Made by a program: the position numbers and the translations under genes. A stretch of 64,000 nt of DNA from Treponemataceae bacterium (GTDB taxonomy: Bacteria; Spirochaetota; Spirochaetia; Treponematales; Rectinemataceae): NCBI GenBank assembly GCA_963677895.2, contig CAXXGJ010000006.1, positions 32,001-96,000 of the forward strand, read 5' to 3'. Below, one piece after another: positions 41,203-51,932 of the stretch (position 1 is the first letter of the stretch; the number at the start of each line of letters is the position of its first letter). The notes under the pieces are model-generated. The model was not told the DNA's origin, ran no database searches, and saw only the letters and a program-made list of their open reading frames with translations.

Positions 41203-42198
41203 TTAAATCCACTTTGGTACTTTCCGGTTTATTAATGTCATCGTACGAATATATATATTAACCATTGTTACTTTTATTGTATGTGTCATAATATAAAGTT
41301 TCGGCGAATAATTGAATAAAAATGATTTAGCTTTTGTTCTAATATAATAGGCGTTGTTAATTGGTATTGATTTATCATATCTAATTAATAATGAAGTATA
41401 ATCTTTCACTTGACAGATAGCTTTAAGATACAATACTGCAATTTGATCTTTTAGCGCGTTTATAGGTTTTATATTTGATTGATCAAATAGGCTTTGAAGT
41501 TCCTCACATATGTAAAGCAACATTCGCCCTTTCTGTTCCATGTTAGAATCTTGAGTAATTGAATTTGCTCTTACAAAGTGATAATAAAACAATATCCCAG
41601 AATAGTACACGCTTTTTGCTTTTAGTAATACTGAAGGCATCCATAACTCATCCTCGTGCAAAATATTCTCTTTGAAACTTAATCCCTCACGCTCTAAAAA
41701 ATTTTTATTGTATATGCTATACGGTGCGCAAGCAGTATAACAATGCTTTGACTTTAAAAAAACAAGATATTCTTCAATAGAATACTCTTGTTCAGAGATT
41801 AAATAATGTTGATGATATTTTGAGTTACCTTCATCGTCAATTATTTTAGAGTCTCCGACAATTATATCACATGGATGCTTCGCAATAATAGTCTCGAACT
41901 CGCTAATACAACCTTCTTCAAGATAATCATCACTATCTAAAAACATAACATATTCACCACATGAATGACTTATTCCATTATTTCTCGCATTTGATAATCC
42001 TCCATTTTTTTGATGAATTATTTTTACATTATCATATTTTAGTGCATAATCATCACATATTGATCCACTATTATCTGTAGAACCGTCATCAATGAGTATA
42101 ATTTCGTACATTGCTGTATCTTGTACCAATACCGACATTAAGCACTTATTTAAATATTGCTCAACATTATAAACTGGTATGACTATACTTAACTTCAT
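41203..42198 (-). CDS. Glycosyltransferase family 2
   Basis: SIVIPVYNVE, DDGSTD, NGGLSNARN, FLDSDD, HEDE. Confidence 0.92.
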   Translation of the reverse strand: MKLSIVIPVYNVEQYLNKCLMSVLVQDTAMYEIILIDDGSTDNSGSICDDYALKYDNVKIIHQKNGGLSNARNNGISHSCGEYVMFLDSDDYLEEGCISEFETIIAKHPCDIIVGDSKIIDDEGNSKYHQHYLISEQEYSIEEYLVFLKSKHCYTACAPYSIYNKNFLEREGLSFKENILHEDELWMPSVLLKAKSVYYSGILFYYHFVRANSITQDSNMEQKGRMLLYICEELQSLFDQSNIKPINALKDQIAVLYLKAICQVKDYTSLLIRYDKSIPINNAYYIRTKAKSFLFNYSPKLYIMTHTIKVTMVNIYIRTMTLINRKVPKWI

Positions 42199-42305
42199 TA
42201 TTTATCTCCATATCTTTAATTTATTATGTTGTAAGCGTCCAATTTTCCCCATGTTGACAACATAAAAAATTCGATTATCCATTCCTGCAATGGGAGAAAT
42301 AATCG

Positions 42306-42650
42306 ATGTACTTAAGAAAAGATAAAACCATTTATCTCGTCGCCGGAATCACTAATATGCTAAAACAGATCAACGGGCTTTCGGCAATTGCGCTAACTAA
42401 ACAACCAGAAGAAGTTTTCTCAGGATCGTATTTTGTATTTCTAGGCAAAACAAGAAAAGTCATGAAGATCCTCTATTGGGACAAGAGCGGCTTTTGCATG
42501 TGGATCAAAAGGCTCGAAGAAGAAACCTTCCCTTGGACGAGAAAACAGAAAGGTGTTCTAGAAATCGAACATGCTAAGTTCAAGCTTCTCGTGCGAGGAA
42601 TTGATGTTTTCAGGGAACACCGAAAGCTAGAATATTCTGTGGTATCATAA
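42306..42650 (+). CDS. IS66 accessory protein TnpB
   Basis: TNMLKQINGL, KILYWDKSGF, KRLEEETFPW. Confidence 0.88.
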   Translation: MYLRKDKTIYLVAGITNMLKQINGLSAIALTKQPEEVFSGSYFVFLGKTRKVMKILYWDKSGFCMWIKRLEEETFPWTRKQKGVLEIEHAKFKLLVRGIDVFREHRKLEYSVVS

Positions 42651-44193
42651 GAGATTATAGGCTACAAACAGGGCATTTCATGCTATACTGTCCTGCATGG
42701 TGACCGTGCTTGAAAACCTTCCTAATGATGTTGCCAGCCTCAAAAATATTATCGCCGAACAAGCTACCGCCATTAAGGGATTTCAAGAAAAGCTGCTTAC
42801 CGAGCAAGAGAAATACGCGGCACTGCAGCGCCTGGTATTCGGTTCCAAGAGCGAAAAGCACCAGAAAGAGAATCCCAAGCAGGATCTCCTGTTCAACGAA
42901 GCTGAAACTTTCTTCGATGTTCCCGACCGAAAGCCTGCCACGATAACGGTCGGCCAGCATGAGCGCAAGAAGGCGGGAAGGAAGCCCTTTCCGGACACGC
43001 TTGAGCGCAATGAAATCGTCCATGCCTTGAGCGACGAAGAGCGAGCCTGCCCTTCCTGTGGGGCATTGCGGCCGGAAATCGGCGAAGAGCGCAAGGAAGA
43101 ACTAAAGCTCATTCCCGCCAAGGCAGTGATCGACGTCCACGTCATGAGGAAATATGGGTCTTGCCCCTGTAAAGAGTGCCAGGGCACCGAAACAGCGCCG
43201 ATTATCCAAGCGCCGGGGAACGCGAAGATCGTCCCTGGTTCCAGATTCTCGAATGGAACGATCGCCTTCTTCCTTACGAGCAAGTTTGTTGACGCGCAGC
43301 CCTTCTACCGCATGGAAGAGATTCTGGCCCGCCGGGGCGTGAATACTGGGCATTCAACCTTATGTTCGCTTGCCATGAACGCAGGGCGCGCGGTGGGAGA
43401 CTTAGTCCAAGCGATCCGTGATGATTTAAAGACGTCGCCCGTGATCGGGATGGATGAAACGCCGGTACAGGTCCTGCACGAAAAGAATCGAAGCGCTACG
43501 GCAAAGTCGAATATGTGGGTGGCGTCTGGATTCAGGGAAGGAAAGAAACTCCTCTTCTTTCACTACCGCCCGACACTATCGGGAAGCGTTGCGACAGAAT
43601 TCCTGAAAGGTTACTCAGGCTATCTTCAAACCGATGGCTATTCAGGCTATTCGCAGGTAGGAGAAGCTCCAGGGATTATCCATGTTGATTGCATGGCACA
43701 TATCCGAAGGAAGTTCTTTGATGCTGACAAGGTTTCTGGCGGCTCAGGGGACGCTCTCGAGTTCCTCTCGATGATTTCCGCTCTCTACCATACCGAGACG
43801 CTCCTACGGCAACGGTATGAAAACAAAGAACACGATGAAGGTTCATTTATTGCTGAACGAAAACGGCTTCAGGAACCACAACTTGCGGCAATGCATGAAT
43901 GGCTCACTTTACGAAGCCAGAGCGTGACGCCCTCGAGTAGTCTTGGGAAAGCGGTTTCCTATGCCTTAGGGCAATGGGATCAGGTTGTGTGCTACCTTGA
44001 GCATGTGCTTTTAGCGCCTGACAACAATGCGGTCGAGAATGCGATTCGGCCTTTTGTCCTTGGCAGGAAGAACTGGCTCTTTTCGAACACGTCGGCAGGA
44101 GCTCACACGAGCGCAGGGCTCTACAGCCTCATTGAGACGGCGAAGGCCAATGGCCACGAGCCTTATAAATATCTTTGCTACGTGTTTGAAATG

Positions 44194-45457
44194 TATACTG
44201 AGCCCATCGGGTAGGACCACTACAGAAACTGAATAAGGTGGAATATCCTAGGAAAAGGAGCGTCCACCATGAGGAAGAAGTTCGACGAGCAGTTCAAGGC
44301 AATGGTAGCCCTCGAGGCAGTAAAAGAGGAGCTTACGCTCCAGGAGTTAGCCGAAAAGTACCAAGTCCATCCGAATCAGATCAGCGTCTGGAAGAAGAAG
44401 CTCTTGGAACAGTCCTCGGCGCTCTTTGAACGAAAGAACAAGAAGGACGAGGAATACAACCAGCTCAAGAAGGAGAAGGAAGAACTCTTCCGCCAGCTAG
44501 GGCAAATGCAGTACGAGAACGAGTGGCTAAAAAAAAAGTACAAACAGCTGTACGGCAAAGATCCAGGCTGATCGAACCAAAGGAGCCCGTCTTGTCAGTG
44601 CGACGTCAGTGTGAGCTGCTCAAGGTCCAAAGGAGTTGCGTCTATTATCGCTCTAAGCCTACTCAAGACTTGAACCATGAGCGACATAAAGCGCTTATCC
44701 TCGCTATAAACGGGAAGTTGCCCTTCTATGGCTATCGAAAGATCACGCTGGAACTGCAGTCAAAGAAAAGTGAGCTCAGCCAAAAGCAGGTTCGCAGGCT
44801 CATGCATTCAATGCATCTTAAGGCGTTGCATGCCAAGAAAATGACCAGCATGAAGCATCCTGAGAATCCTATTTATCCGTACCTACTGAAGAATATCGTT
44901 GTACGATATCCCAACCAGGTCTGGATCTCTGACCTGACATACATCAAGCTTCCTGGCCTTGGGTATGTATACCTCGTCGCCATCATGGATCTCTATAGCC
45001 GCAAGGTGCTGTCTTGGAGGCTTTCCAACAGCATGGACTCATTATTCTGCGAAGAAGCCTTGAAAGAGGCCATAACGCGCTATGGTGCCCCTTCTATATT
45101 CAATACCGACCAAGGGAGCCAGTTTACTTCGAATTCGTTTACCCAGATTCTGCAGGATCATTGGATCAGGATCAGCATGGACGACCGAGGCCGCTGGCGG
45201 GACAACGTACACATTGAACGGCTCTGGAGAACCGTCAAGTATGAGGACATCTACCTCCAGAGTTACGAAAATCTAAGGGCATTAAAACGAGGGTTGGCCT
45301 TGTATTTCGATTTCTATAATCGGTACCGGTTTCATCAGAACCTGGACTACGAGACGCCCGATCAGCGCTATCGTTCGTTTCAGGCGAAGGATTTGGCGGC
45401 GTGAATCACCACCGTATTCGTTAGCTGTTTTTAGTCTTGATCTGAGGGCCCAGCATA
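44194..45457 (+). mobile_element. IS3-family element, copy 2 (1264 bp)
   Basis: Direct repeat of 23312-24575 at offset 20882; one difference noticed in the left IR (C at 44205 vs T at 23323). Confidence 0.92.
44269..45404 (+). CDS. IS3 transposase OrfA/OrfB (-1 frameshift)
   Basis: Same translations as 23387-24522. Confidence 0.9.
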
Positions 45458-45674
45458 ATCCTTCCGAAAGCAAAGACACTTGAAGAGGAGCTTTCGCTTC
45501 TTCCCTACCGGCTTGGTCCTTCTGATTACTAGGCTTTCGTCAAGACGGGGAGAATTGAACGCTTACGTTCTCTATCTTTCTATTCGCACTTCAAAATTGA
45601 ATCCGGAGTAAAAATATTTGATCAGATGAATCTCGCGTAGCCGGTAACAAATACTTTCAATAAAGTTGCTTTTT

Positions 45675-46559
45675 CTAATACTTCAATGTTCCATTAGCCA
45701 CTTTGCGAAGGTGTTCTCCATATAGAGACTTGCCGTATTTTTCTGCTGATTTCATAAGTTCATCTGTTGAAATCCACCCTTTGCGAAATGCAATTTCCTC
45801 AGGTGCAGATATTTTCACTCCTTGACGTTTCTCAATCATCTGAATAAATGATGTTGCTTCAAACAGGCTGTCCATTGTTCCAGTATCCAACCAAGCGAAA
45901 CCGCGCCCCAGAATCTGCCCCTTAAGTCTCCCTTCTTTTAGGTACATTTCATTGAGGGCTGTAATCTCTAGCTCGCCACGAGCAGAATGCTTAACATTTT
46001 TAGCTTTTATCGATACTTTCCTTGGGTAAAAATACAATCCAGTAATACAATAATTACTCTTCGGATTCTTCGGTTTCTCTTCAACTGAAAGAATATTCAA
46101 ATCTTCATCAAACTCCATGATACCGAACCGACCTGGATCATTTACATAATAGCCAAAGATAGTTGCATAGCCTTCTTCAGCATTCTTGACCGAATCATTG
46201 AGAAACTCTGAAAGACCACCTCCATAGAAAATGTTGTCACCAAGAATCATAGAGCAGCACTCATCACCAATAAACTCCTCTCCAAGAATAAATGCCTGAG
46301 CGAGTCCATCTGGGGATGGCTGCTCCTTATAAGAAAGCCTAATACCAAACTGATTTCCATTACCAAGTAGTTTCTTAAAGTTTGGAAGGTCCTGCGGGGT
46401 TGAAATCACAAGGATGTCCTTGATCCCAGATAGCATTAGAGTAGAGAGCGGATAGTAAATCATCGGTTTATCATAAACAGGTAATAGCTGCTTGCTTGTC
46501 ACCATGGTCAATGGATAAAGGCGAGTCCCAGCCCCACCTGCGAGAATAATGCCCTTCAT
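45675..46559 (-). CDS. rfbA: Glucose-1-phosphate thymidylyltransferase
   Basis: [58 protein letters not shown]. Confidence 0.95.
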   Translation of the reverse strand: MKGIILAGGAGTRLYPLTMVTSKQLLPVYDKPMIYYPLSTLMLSGIKDILVISTPQDLPNFKKLLGNGNQFGIRLSYKEQPSPDGLAQAFILGEEFIGDECCSMILGDNIFYGGGLSEFLNDSVKNAEEGYATIFGYYVNDPGRFGIMEFDEDLNILSVEEKPKNPKSNYCITGLYFYPRKVSIKAKNVKHSARGELEITALNEMYLKEGRLKGQILGRGFAWLDTGTMDSLFEATSFIQMIEKRQGVKISAPEEIAFRKGWISTDELMKSAEKYGKSLYGEHLRKVANGTLKY

Positions 46560-46583
46560 CTCGTTTTACCTCTTTTAAAATCA

Positions 46584-47510
46584 CTAGTTCTTTCTTATAA
46601 TGTATTCCTTGAATTCTTGGTAATCATGAATATAGTCGTCAGCCCTGTAGTAGTCAGACGCAGCGACACAAAGAACAGAATCCTTTTGCAGCCACAACAT
46701 TTCTCTCCAGGTTGGCTTTTCAATTACTATACCTATTGAAGGATCGGAAAGCGTTATCTCTTCTCTTTTGCTTTCGTTCTCCAAAAATAGCTGAATCTTG
46801 CCATAAGGGCAGAATAATATCTGCTTAAGTTCCTTATGTGCATGAAACCCTCTTTTCACACCACTAGGAACTTTAGAAATGTAATAAAACCTCTTTATTT
46901 CGAAAGTAACTTCGTGATTTGCCTCAAAAAATGAAAGTTCACCAGTATTTATTGTAGATATAGTTTTTATACGAATCACTTTACATCCAGCAATAGAATC
47001 TCTAGTGTATAAATTGTCTCCCTTAAGTACGGAATACCACTTTAAGTTATCGATTCCGGAATACCTTTGTAGTATTTCATCAGGAATTTCAAAAACTTCA
47101 TGAAAATTATGTTTATCGTAAAACCTAACTGCTCTAGCATTTTTCTTCGATACACACCAGTATACACATTCAAGTCCTAACTCATTAAATGCCTTTTGGA
47201 TAATTGATTCCATTCCAAACCATGAATAGCCGTAGCCCATCGACAGCTTTCGAACAGTAATAGCAAACTCTGCAATTCCTTGCTCTCTATCAATGTTCTT
47301 CAGACTTACGGTACCCATGTAATCATCCGTATCTGATGCAATGGCTAAGTTTAAATTTTTAGAAGTATCTTGGCTAATTCTGATGAAATCTTCAGCGTCA
47401 GCCAAAGTTTTAGAAGCAAAATCAGCATGTAAATCATGAACAACACTATCATCATGCATCCACTCAAGCATCAATGGTGCATCATCAAATTTTAATTTTC
47501 TTAAATGCAT
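46584..47510 (-). CDS. GNAT N-acyltransferase fused to FdtA/QdtA-type 3,4-ketoisomerase
   Basis: N-terminal RimJ-like GNAT (GTVSL, MGYGY, NARAVRFYDK); C-terminal cupin (FEIKRFYYI, RGFHAHKELKQ, ASDYYRADDYI). Confidence 0.85.
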   Translation of the reverse strand: MHLRKLKFDDAPLMLEWMHDDSVVHDLHADFASKTLADAEDFIRISQDTSKNLNLAIASDTDDYMGTVSLKNIDREQGIAEFAITVRKLSMGYGYSWFGMESIIQKAFNELGLECVYWCVSKKNARAVRFYDKHNFHEVFEIPDEILQRYSGIDNLKWYSVLKGDNLYTRDSIAGCKVIRIKTISTINTGELSFFEANHEVTFEIKRFYYISKVPSGVKRGFHAHKELKQILFCPYGKIQLFLENESKREEITLSDPSIGIVIEKPTWREMLWLQKDSVLCVAASDYYRADDYIHDYQEFKEYIIRKN

Positions 47511-47516
47511 ATCATT

Positions 47517-48614
47517 TTACCCATTAAACTTATTTATCATATCGATTATGTAATTGACCTCTTCATCTGTCAGACCAACATATATGGGAAGACTCAACTC
47601 TTCAGCAGCAAATTGCTCTGATTGAGGAATTTCGCCTCTTTTATAGCCCAGTCCTTTATAACATTCAGCTAAATGGCACGGTATAGGATAGTGTATCTGC
47701 GTATGAATACCCTTTTCCGAAAGATAATTGTAGAGATTATCTCTCATTGTGCAACGAATCGCAAATACGTGATATACATGTTCACAACCGAAGCGCAATT
47801 CCGGTAGAAATATCTTGGGGTTTTTGATTCCTTCGAGATACTTCTTTGCGATAATTCTTCTCTCTTCGTTGCCTTCATTAACATGTCTCAAATTAACACC
47901 AAGGATTGCAGCTTGAATCTCGTCCAATCGGCTGTTGATTCCAAGAAGTTCATGCTTGTACTTAATACTACTTCCGTAGTTGCCTAACATACGTACTCTA
48001 TTAGCCACTTCATCTTTATCTGTGATTACTGCTCCTGCATCACCAAATGCGCCAATGGGCTTCGTCGGGTAATAACTAAAACAACCTATATCACCAATGG
48101 TACCAGCCTTTTTCCCTTTATATGTTGCACCATGAGCCTGTGCACAGTCTTCAAGAACATATAGATTATTATTCTGTGCAACCTCAATAATTTTATCCAT
48201 GTCACACATTTGTCCATACAGATGAACCGCCATTATTGCTTTAGTTTTAGGCGTAACAGCTCTTTCAATTAATGCAACATCAATACCAAAATATTTATCA
48301 GCATCTACAAATACAGGAACCGCACCATTTTCCGTAACTGCCAAAGCGGAAGCAATAAAAGTATTTGTCTGAACAATTACTTCATCGCCCTTTCCAATAC
48401 CAAGCGCAGTTAAAGCAAGCCGAAGCGCATCTAGTCCGTTTCCAACACCAACACAATTTTTTACACATTGGTATGCGGAGAAATCTGCTTCAAAATGTTC
48501 AAGCTCTTTACCTAAAATATACCAACCCGAACGAAGCACTCTGAGCGCAGCTTCTTCATATTCGTTCTGATACTTATGGTATTGACGACATAACTCAGCA
48601 AAATTAATGTTCAC
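47517..48614 (-). CDS. dTDP-3-amino-3,6-dideoxyhexose aminotransferase (FdtB/QdtB-like)
   Basis: SGWYILG, GNGLDAL, VHLYGQ, EDCAQAHGA, SYYPTKPIGAFGDAG, GINSRLDEIQAA; start taken at GTG 48614. Confidence 0.88.
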   Translation of the reverse strand: MNINFAELCRQYHKYQNEYEEAALRVLRSGWYILGKELEHFEADFSAYQCVKNCVGVGNGLDALRLALTALGIGKGDEVIVQTNTFIASALAVTENGAVPVFVDADKYFGIDVALIERAVTPKTKAIMAVHLYGQMCDMDKIIEVAQNNNLYVLEDCAQAHGATYKGKKAGTIGDIGCFSYYPTKPIGAFGDAGAVITDKDEVANRVRMLGNYGSSIKYKHELLGINSRLDEIQAAILGVNLRHVNEGNEERRIIAKKYLEGIKNPKIFLPELRFGCEHVYHVFAIRCTMRDNLYNYLSEKGIHTQIHYPIPCHLAECYKGLGYKRGEIPQSEQFAAEELSLPIYVGLTDEEVNYIIDMINKFNG

Positions 48615-48631
48615 GGCTTTATTTCCTTTTA

Positions 48632-49855
48632 TTATTTCTTTTGATAGCATATAATGTTATGCAAATAATTGTCAGCGACCTCTTTTTCAGAAAAATGAAC
48701 AGCAAGATTAATTGCACTCTGCCCCATCGCATTCCTCTCGCCTACTGTCATGTCCTCAATTCTTTGATATATGCTTTCAAGCATTTCGGCGTCACCGGGA
48801 TTACATATAAAACCATTGACCCCATCCTGAATTATTCCATCGAAACCGCTTCCTCTAGAGGCAATTACAATACATCCTTGTAACATAGCTTCGATATATA
48901 CAATACCATAAGTTTCGCCTTCACTAATGAGCGTAAAAATCTGTGCTTCTTTCATCTTTTTAAGCACGCTCACTCTTGGTATTCTCCCAGCAAATGTTAC
49001 TATTTTATCTGCTTTGATTTTTGTCACCAACGCCTTTAATTTTTCTTCTTCCGGTCCACCACCTATAACTTCAAGCGTTGAGCCTAGTGTCCCTCTTTTA
49101 ATAAACGCCTTGATTGTTGATTCTAAGTGTTTTCTAGCTATCAAACTACCAACAAAAATATGCTTTATACCGCTATCAAAGTATTGTTTGCTACATTGTA
49201 TTTCCGCTGCCTCTACAGCGTCGTTAGGCACTCCGGAATAACAAAGGAATGGTTCTTTATCCAAGTTCAAAAGAAGTTTAACACTTTTAGCTTCAATAAC
49301 TGAGCGAACGCCAACAGCTCCTATCTCTTTAATGCAGTTATCAATACGATATTTTTTTATATTTCTTTTAGTGCAATCATGGTGAAAAACGATTGATGAC
49401 TTTGCATTAGGATATTGTTTTGCTATTATCGCGACAAGTTCTGCACTGGGATTAGCGAAATGACCAACAATTAAATCAGGAATGAATTTTTCTGCTTTTA
49501 TCAGCTTTTCTATGTTTTTTACTTGCATCTCCATTTTACGTTTAGAGTAACCCATCCCCGGAAAAAATTTCAGCATTGGAAGTCTATAAACCGTTATTCC
49601 AAATTCTTCACGCTTTAGTCTTTTTCGAGAAGCAAGTGAAGGTATTATGTTTGAAGAGCTACCACCCAATATATTTTTTATCCGTGTAGGTATAAAATAG
49701 AAAACAAGTGGAAATTTGCTTGGGCAATGCATAACAACAACTTTATGCCCTTCGTTTTCCCACACTTTTGCAAAATACTCAACTGTACGAGTTGGTTTAT
49801 TGTCACCAATATCATCAAGCTGCGGGTATAATTGTGTAATGACTAGTATGTTCAT
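48632..49855 (-). CDS. Glycosyltransferase family 4
   Basis: VGSLIARK, ETYGIVYIEAM (EX7E), DGVNGF. Confidence 0.88.
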   Translation of the reverse strand: MNILVITQLYPQLDDIGDNKPTRTVEYFAKVWENEGHKVVVMHCPSKFPLVFYFIPTRIKNILGGSSSNIIPSLASRKRLKREEFGITVYRLPMLKFFPGMGYSKRKMEMQVKNIEKLIKAEKFIPDLIVGHFANPSAELVAIIAKQYPNAKSSIVFHHDCTKRNIKKYRIDNCIKEIGAVGVRSVIEAKSVKLLLNLDKEPFLCYSGVPNDAVEAAEIQCSKQYFDSGIKHIFVGSLIARKHLESTIKAFIKRGTLGSTLEVIGGGPEEEKLKALVTKIKADKIVTFAGRIPRVSVLKKMKEAQIFTLISEGETYGIVYIEAMLQGCIVIASRGSGFDGIIQDGVNGFICNPGDAEMLESIYQRIEDMTVGERNAMGQSAINLAVHFSEKEVADNYLHNIICYQKK

Positions 49856-51144
49856 AGCAGCTTTGTTCCTTTCTCGTTACTTTTGATGAAATCAAATACT
49901 TCACAAAGCCTATCAACCAATCCTGGTTGATCATATGCTTCAGCAACTCTCCGACTGTTATACCCCATCTCTTCTAACTGTTCTTTTTTAAAGCCATAGA
50001 ACTCTTGAATTGTATCCGCAAAAGCCTTAGCAGATTGATTTTCGGTAATAAGCCCACAATTGAACTTAGCAACAAGATTGTACCTCATTTTCATATTACA
50101 GATTATTGGCCTTCCGCTTGCAAGATAATCAAACAGCTTGCTTTGGCTGCCCCCATATTTCATTAAGCTAACTTGCTTATATGTGAATATATTAATTTTA
50201 GCACTAGACAAAATATACGGTATCTTAGCCTTTTCAATTCTCCCATAAAACTTTACATTTTCAATTCCGTTGTCATTAACATATTTTTCAAGCTTTTTCT
50301 GATCAGAACCATTTCCGTATATATGAATAGCTATATCATCGATTCCTCGATTTACTAACTCTTTTCCAGCATCACAAATCTGCCTAACTTGATTTGCATG
50401 ACGAACAGAACCACAATAAACAATATTAAATTTGTTCATATCCCAAGGAAGTAAATCTTTATACTGAACTATATTTTTATCAAATTCCTCCATATCGCAA
50501 CCCATATTTATATTATAGACCTTACGATAATCAATTTTTTTTGAATACTTTTGTTCTCGAAGGTACTGTTCACCTCCCTCTATAGAAAATATTAGGGCAT
50601 CACTTTTTAAATACGCCATTTTTTCAAGCGCATAAAGTATTGTAACAATTGGATTTCTCTTTGAAAAATTTGCATACTCAATAATGCTAGCTGGCCATAA
50701 GTCGACTGTATCAGTAATAATTGGCCTGTGTTGAAAAAAAAGCTTCACGAATGGAAATGTATAGGCTTCACAGGTAATGACAACATCTGCTTTTGGTAAT
50801 ATCTTAGTTTTCTTTGAAAGACCAAGACAAAAGCTCATCATGTTCCAAATTCTTTGCGTTCTATTCCCTCTGTATTTCGGAGTCTTAACATAAAGATAAT
50901 TAATACCATCACAAATACTTTCGCTTGAACCCAATAAATCAATGATATCTATATCTGTATTATGAACGGTACTCGCTGCGACTATTACAACTTTATAACC
51001 TCTCTTTACAAGTTGTTTCCCCCAATTATGGTAGCGTAACATTGTGTTGTAAGGTGGTTGCTGTGCATAATGACAGACAATCAATATAAAATTAATTTTA
51101 TTCTTTTCATTAAAATTACTTTTAATCATATACATTGCTTCCAA
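49852..51144 (-). CDS. Glycosyltransferase family 4 (WbuB-like)
   Basis: DLWPAS, YCGSV, SKLFDYLASGRPII. Confidence 0.87.
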   Translation of the reverse strand: MEAMYMIKSNFNEKNKINFILIVCHYAQQPPYNTMLRYHNWGKQLVKRGYKVVIVAASTVHNTDIDIIDLLGSSESICDGINYLYVKTPKYRGNRTQRIWNMMSFCLGLSKKTKILPKADVVITCEAYTFPFVKLFFQHRPIITDTVDLWPASIIEYANFSKRNPIVTILYALEKMAYLKSDALIFSIEGGEQYLREQKYSKKIDYRKVYNINMGCDMEEFDKNIVQYKDLLPWDMNKFNIVYCGSVRHANQVRQICDAGKELVNRGIDDIAIHIYGNGSDQKKLEKYVNDNGIENVKFYGRIEKAKIPYILSSAKINIFTYKQVSLMKYGGSQSKLFDYLASGRPIICNMKMRYNLVAKFNCGLITENQSAKAFADTIQEFYGFKKEQLEEMGYNSRRVAEAYDQPGLVDRLCEVFDFIKSNEKGTKLL

Positions 51145-51756
51145 TTAATGGGGTTTATACCGATACTCATTCAATTTTCGGCCCTCGTGAGTTGTGAATT
51201 CTCGTTCTAATAAAAAACCATTTTTTTGATAAAAAAAATTTACAGCATCATTATTTATAGCATCCGTCTCAAGGGTTATATAAGCATATTTTTCAAAATC
51301 AACTTTATCTATTAGTGCCTTTATTAACATTGAGCCGATTCCGTGCGATTTTTCTTGTAAATCAACGCCTATTGATGCAAGCTCCACATATGCCTTGTTT
51401 CGCTTCGACTCACTAGGTTTCAGGAAAGCACGTATCAAACGCATGAACACTTTTGGTTTTCTAAAAAAAGCTATGAGACTGTACCAAGTAAATGGAATAA
51501 GTCTCTTCCTTATCATGTATTTGTAAAGACTACTCAGATTGCTAGAATATGCTAGAAAGCCGATCGGTTTGCCGTAATTAAATGCCACTAAAAGTCCAGA
51601 ATTATTTTCTTCACAATAAGATTGGTACATCTGGCGCAAGAAGCCTTGTCCCATCGATGTGAGGAAGAATCCTTGAAATGTAGCTAAATGGATTGAAACA
51701 ATTTGATTAATGATATTTTTTTCAGCTTCTCCTACTATTCTTATTTGTGTACTCAT
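51145..51756 (-). CDS. GNAT-family acetyltransferase
   Basis: LASIGVD, HGIGSML, NDAVNFFYQKNGF; start taken at ATG 51756. Confidence 0.82.
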   Translation of the reverse strand: MSTQIRIVGEAEKNIINQIVSIHLATFQGFFLTSMGQGFLRQMYQSYCEENNSGLLVAFNYGKPIGFLAYSSNLSSLYKYMIRKRLIPFTWYSLIAFFRKPKVFMRLIRAFLKPSESKRNKAYVELASIGVDLQEKSHGIGSMLIKALIDKVDFEKYAYITLETDAINNDAVNFFYQKNGFLLEREFTTHEGRKLNEYRYKPH

Positions 51757-51932
51757 AATTCCTCTCATCTGAGACAACCGTGTACCGTTGCATAAAGGCC
51801 TTAATTTAGCCTAAAATAATATATAAACTAAAGCATTTATCTTTGAATACAATTTTTGCGTTATGCAGTAACTCCTCATTTTTAGTTACATCAAATGTTT
51901 TTGCATGATATCGATGCGAGGCTTTGTGCTAT

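Larger units (their letters stand above)
42697..45532 (+). pseudogene. IS66 TnpC transposase split near its C-terminus by IS3
   Basis: CPSCG, MDETPVQVL, QTDGY, CMAHIRRKF, DNNAVENAIRP; the tail ILPKAKTLEEELSLLPYRLGPSDY* resumes at 45458-45532 after the IS3. Confidence 0.88.
42231..45566 (+). mobile_element. IS66-family element interrupted by IS3 copy 2
   Basis: 28-bp IRs GTAAGCGTCCAATTTTCCCCATGTTGAC / revcomp GTAAGCGTTCAATTCTCCCCGTCTTGAC; tnpB plus tnpC; no 8-bp target duplication visible. Confidence 0.9.

Noticed and set aside
23312..45457. Composite transposon bounded by the two IS3 copies
   Set aside because: Copy 2 sits inside IS66 tnpC with both halves in place, the outer flanks share no duplication, and the AT-rich cassette continues beyond it.
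25931..51756. Region-wide TAG recoding suggested by the IS5 amber codons
   Set aside because: Neighbouring genes are full-length under the standard code and some end in TAG.
51784..51876. Possible MITE with tgcataa / ttatgca ends at the cassette edge
   Set aside because: Inverted repeat too short in AT-rich DNA, with no duplication or second copy.
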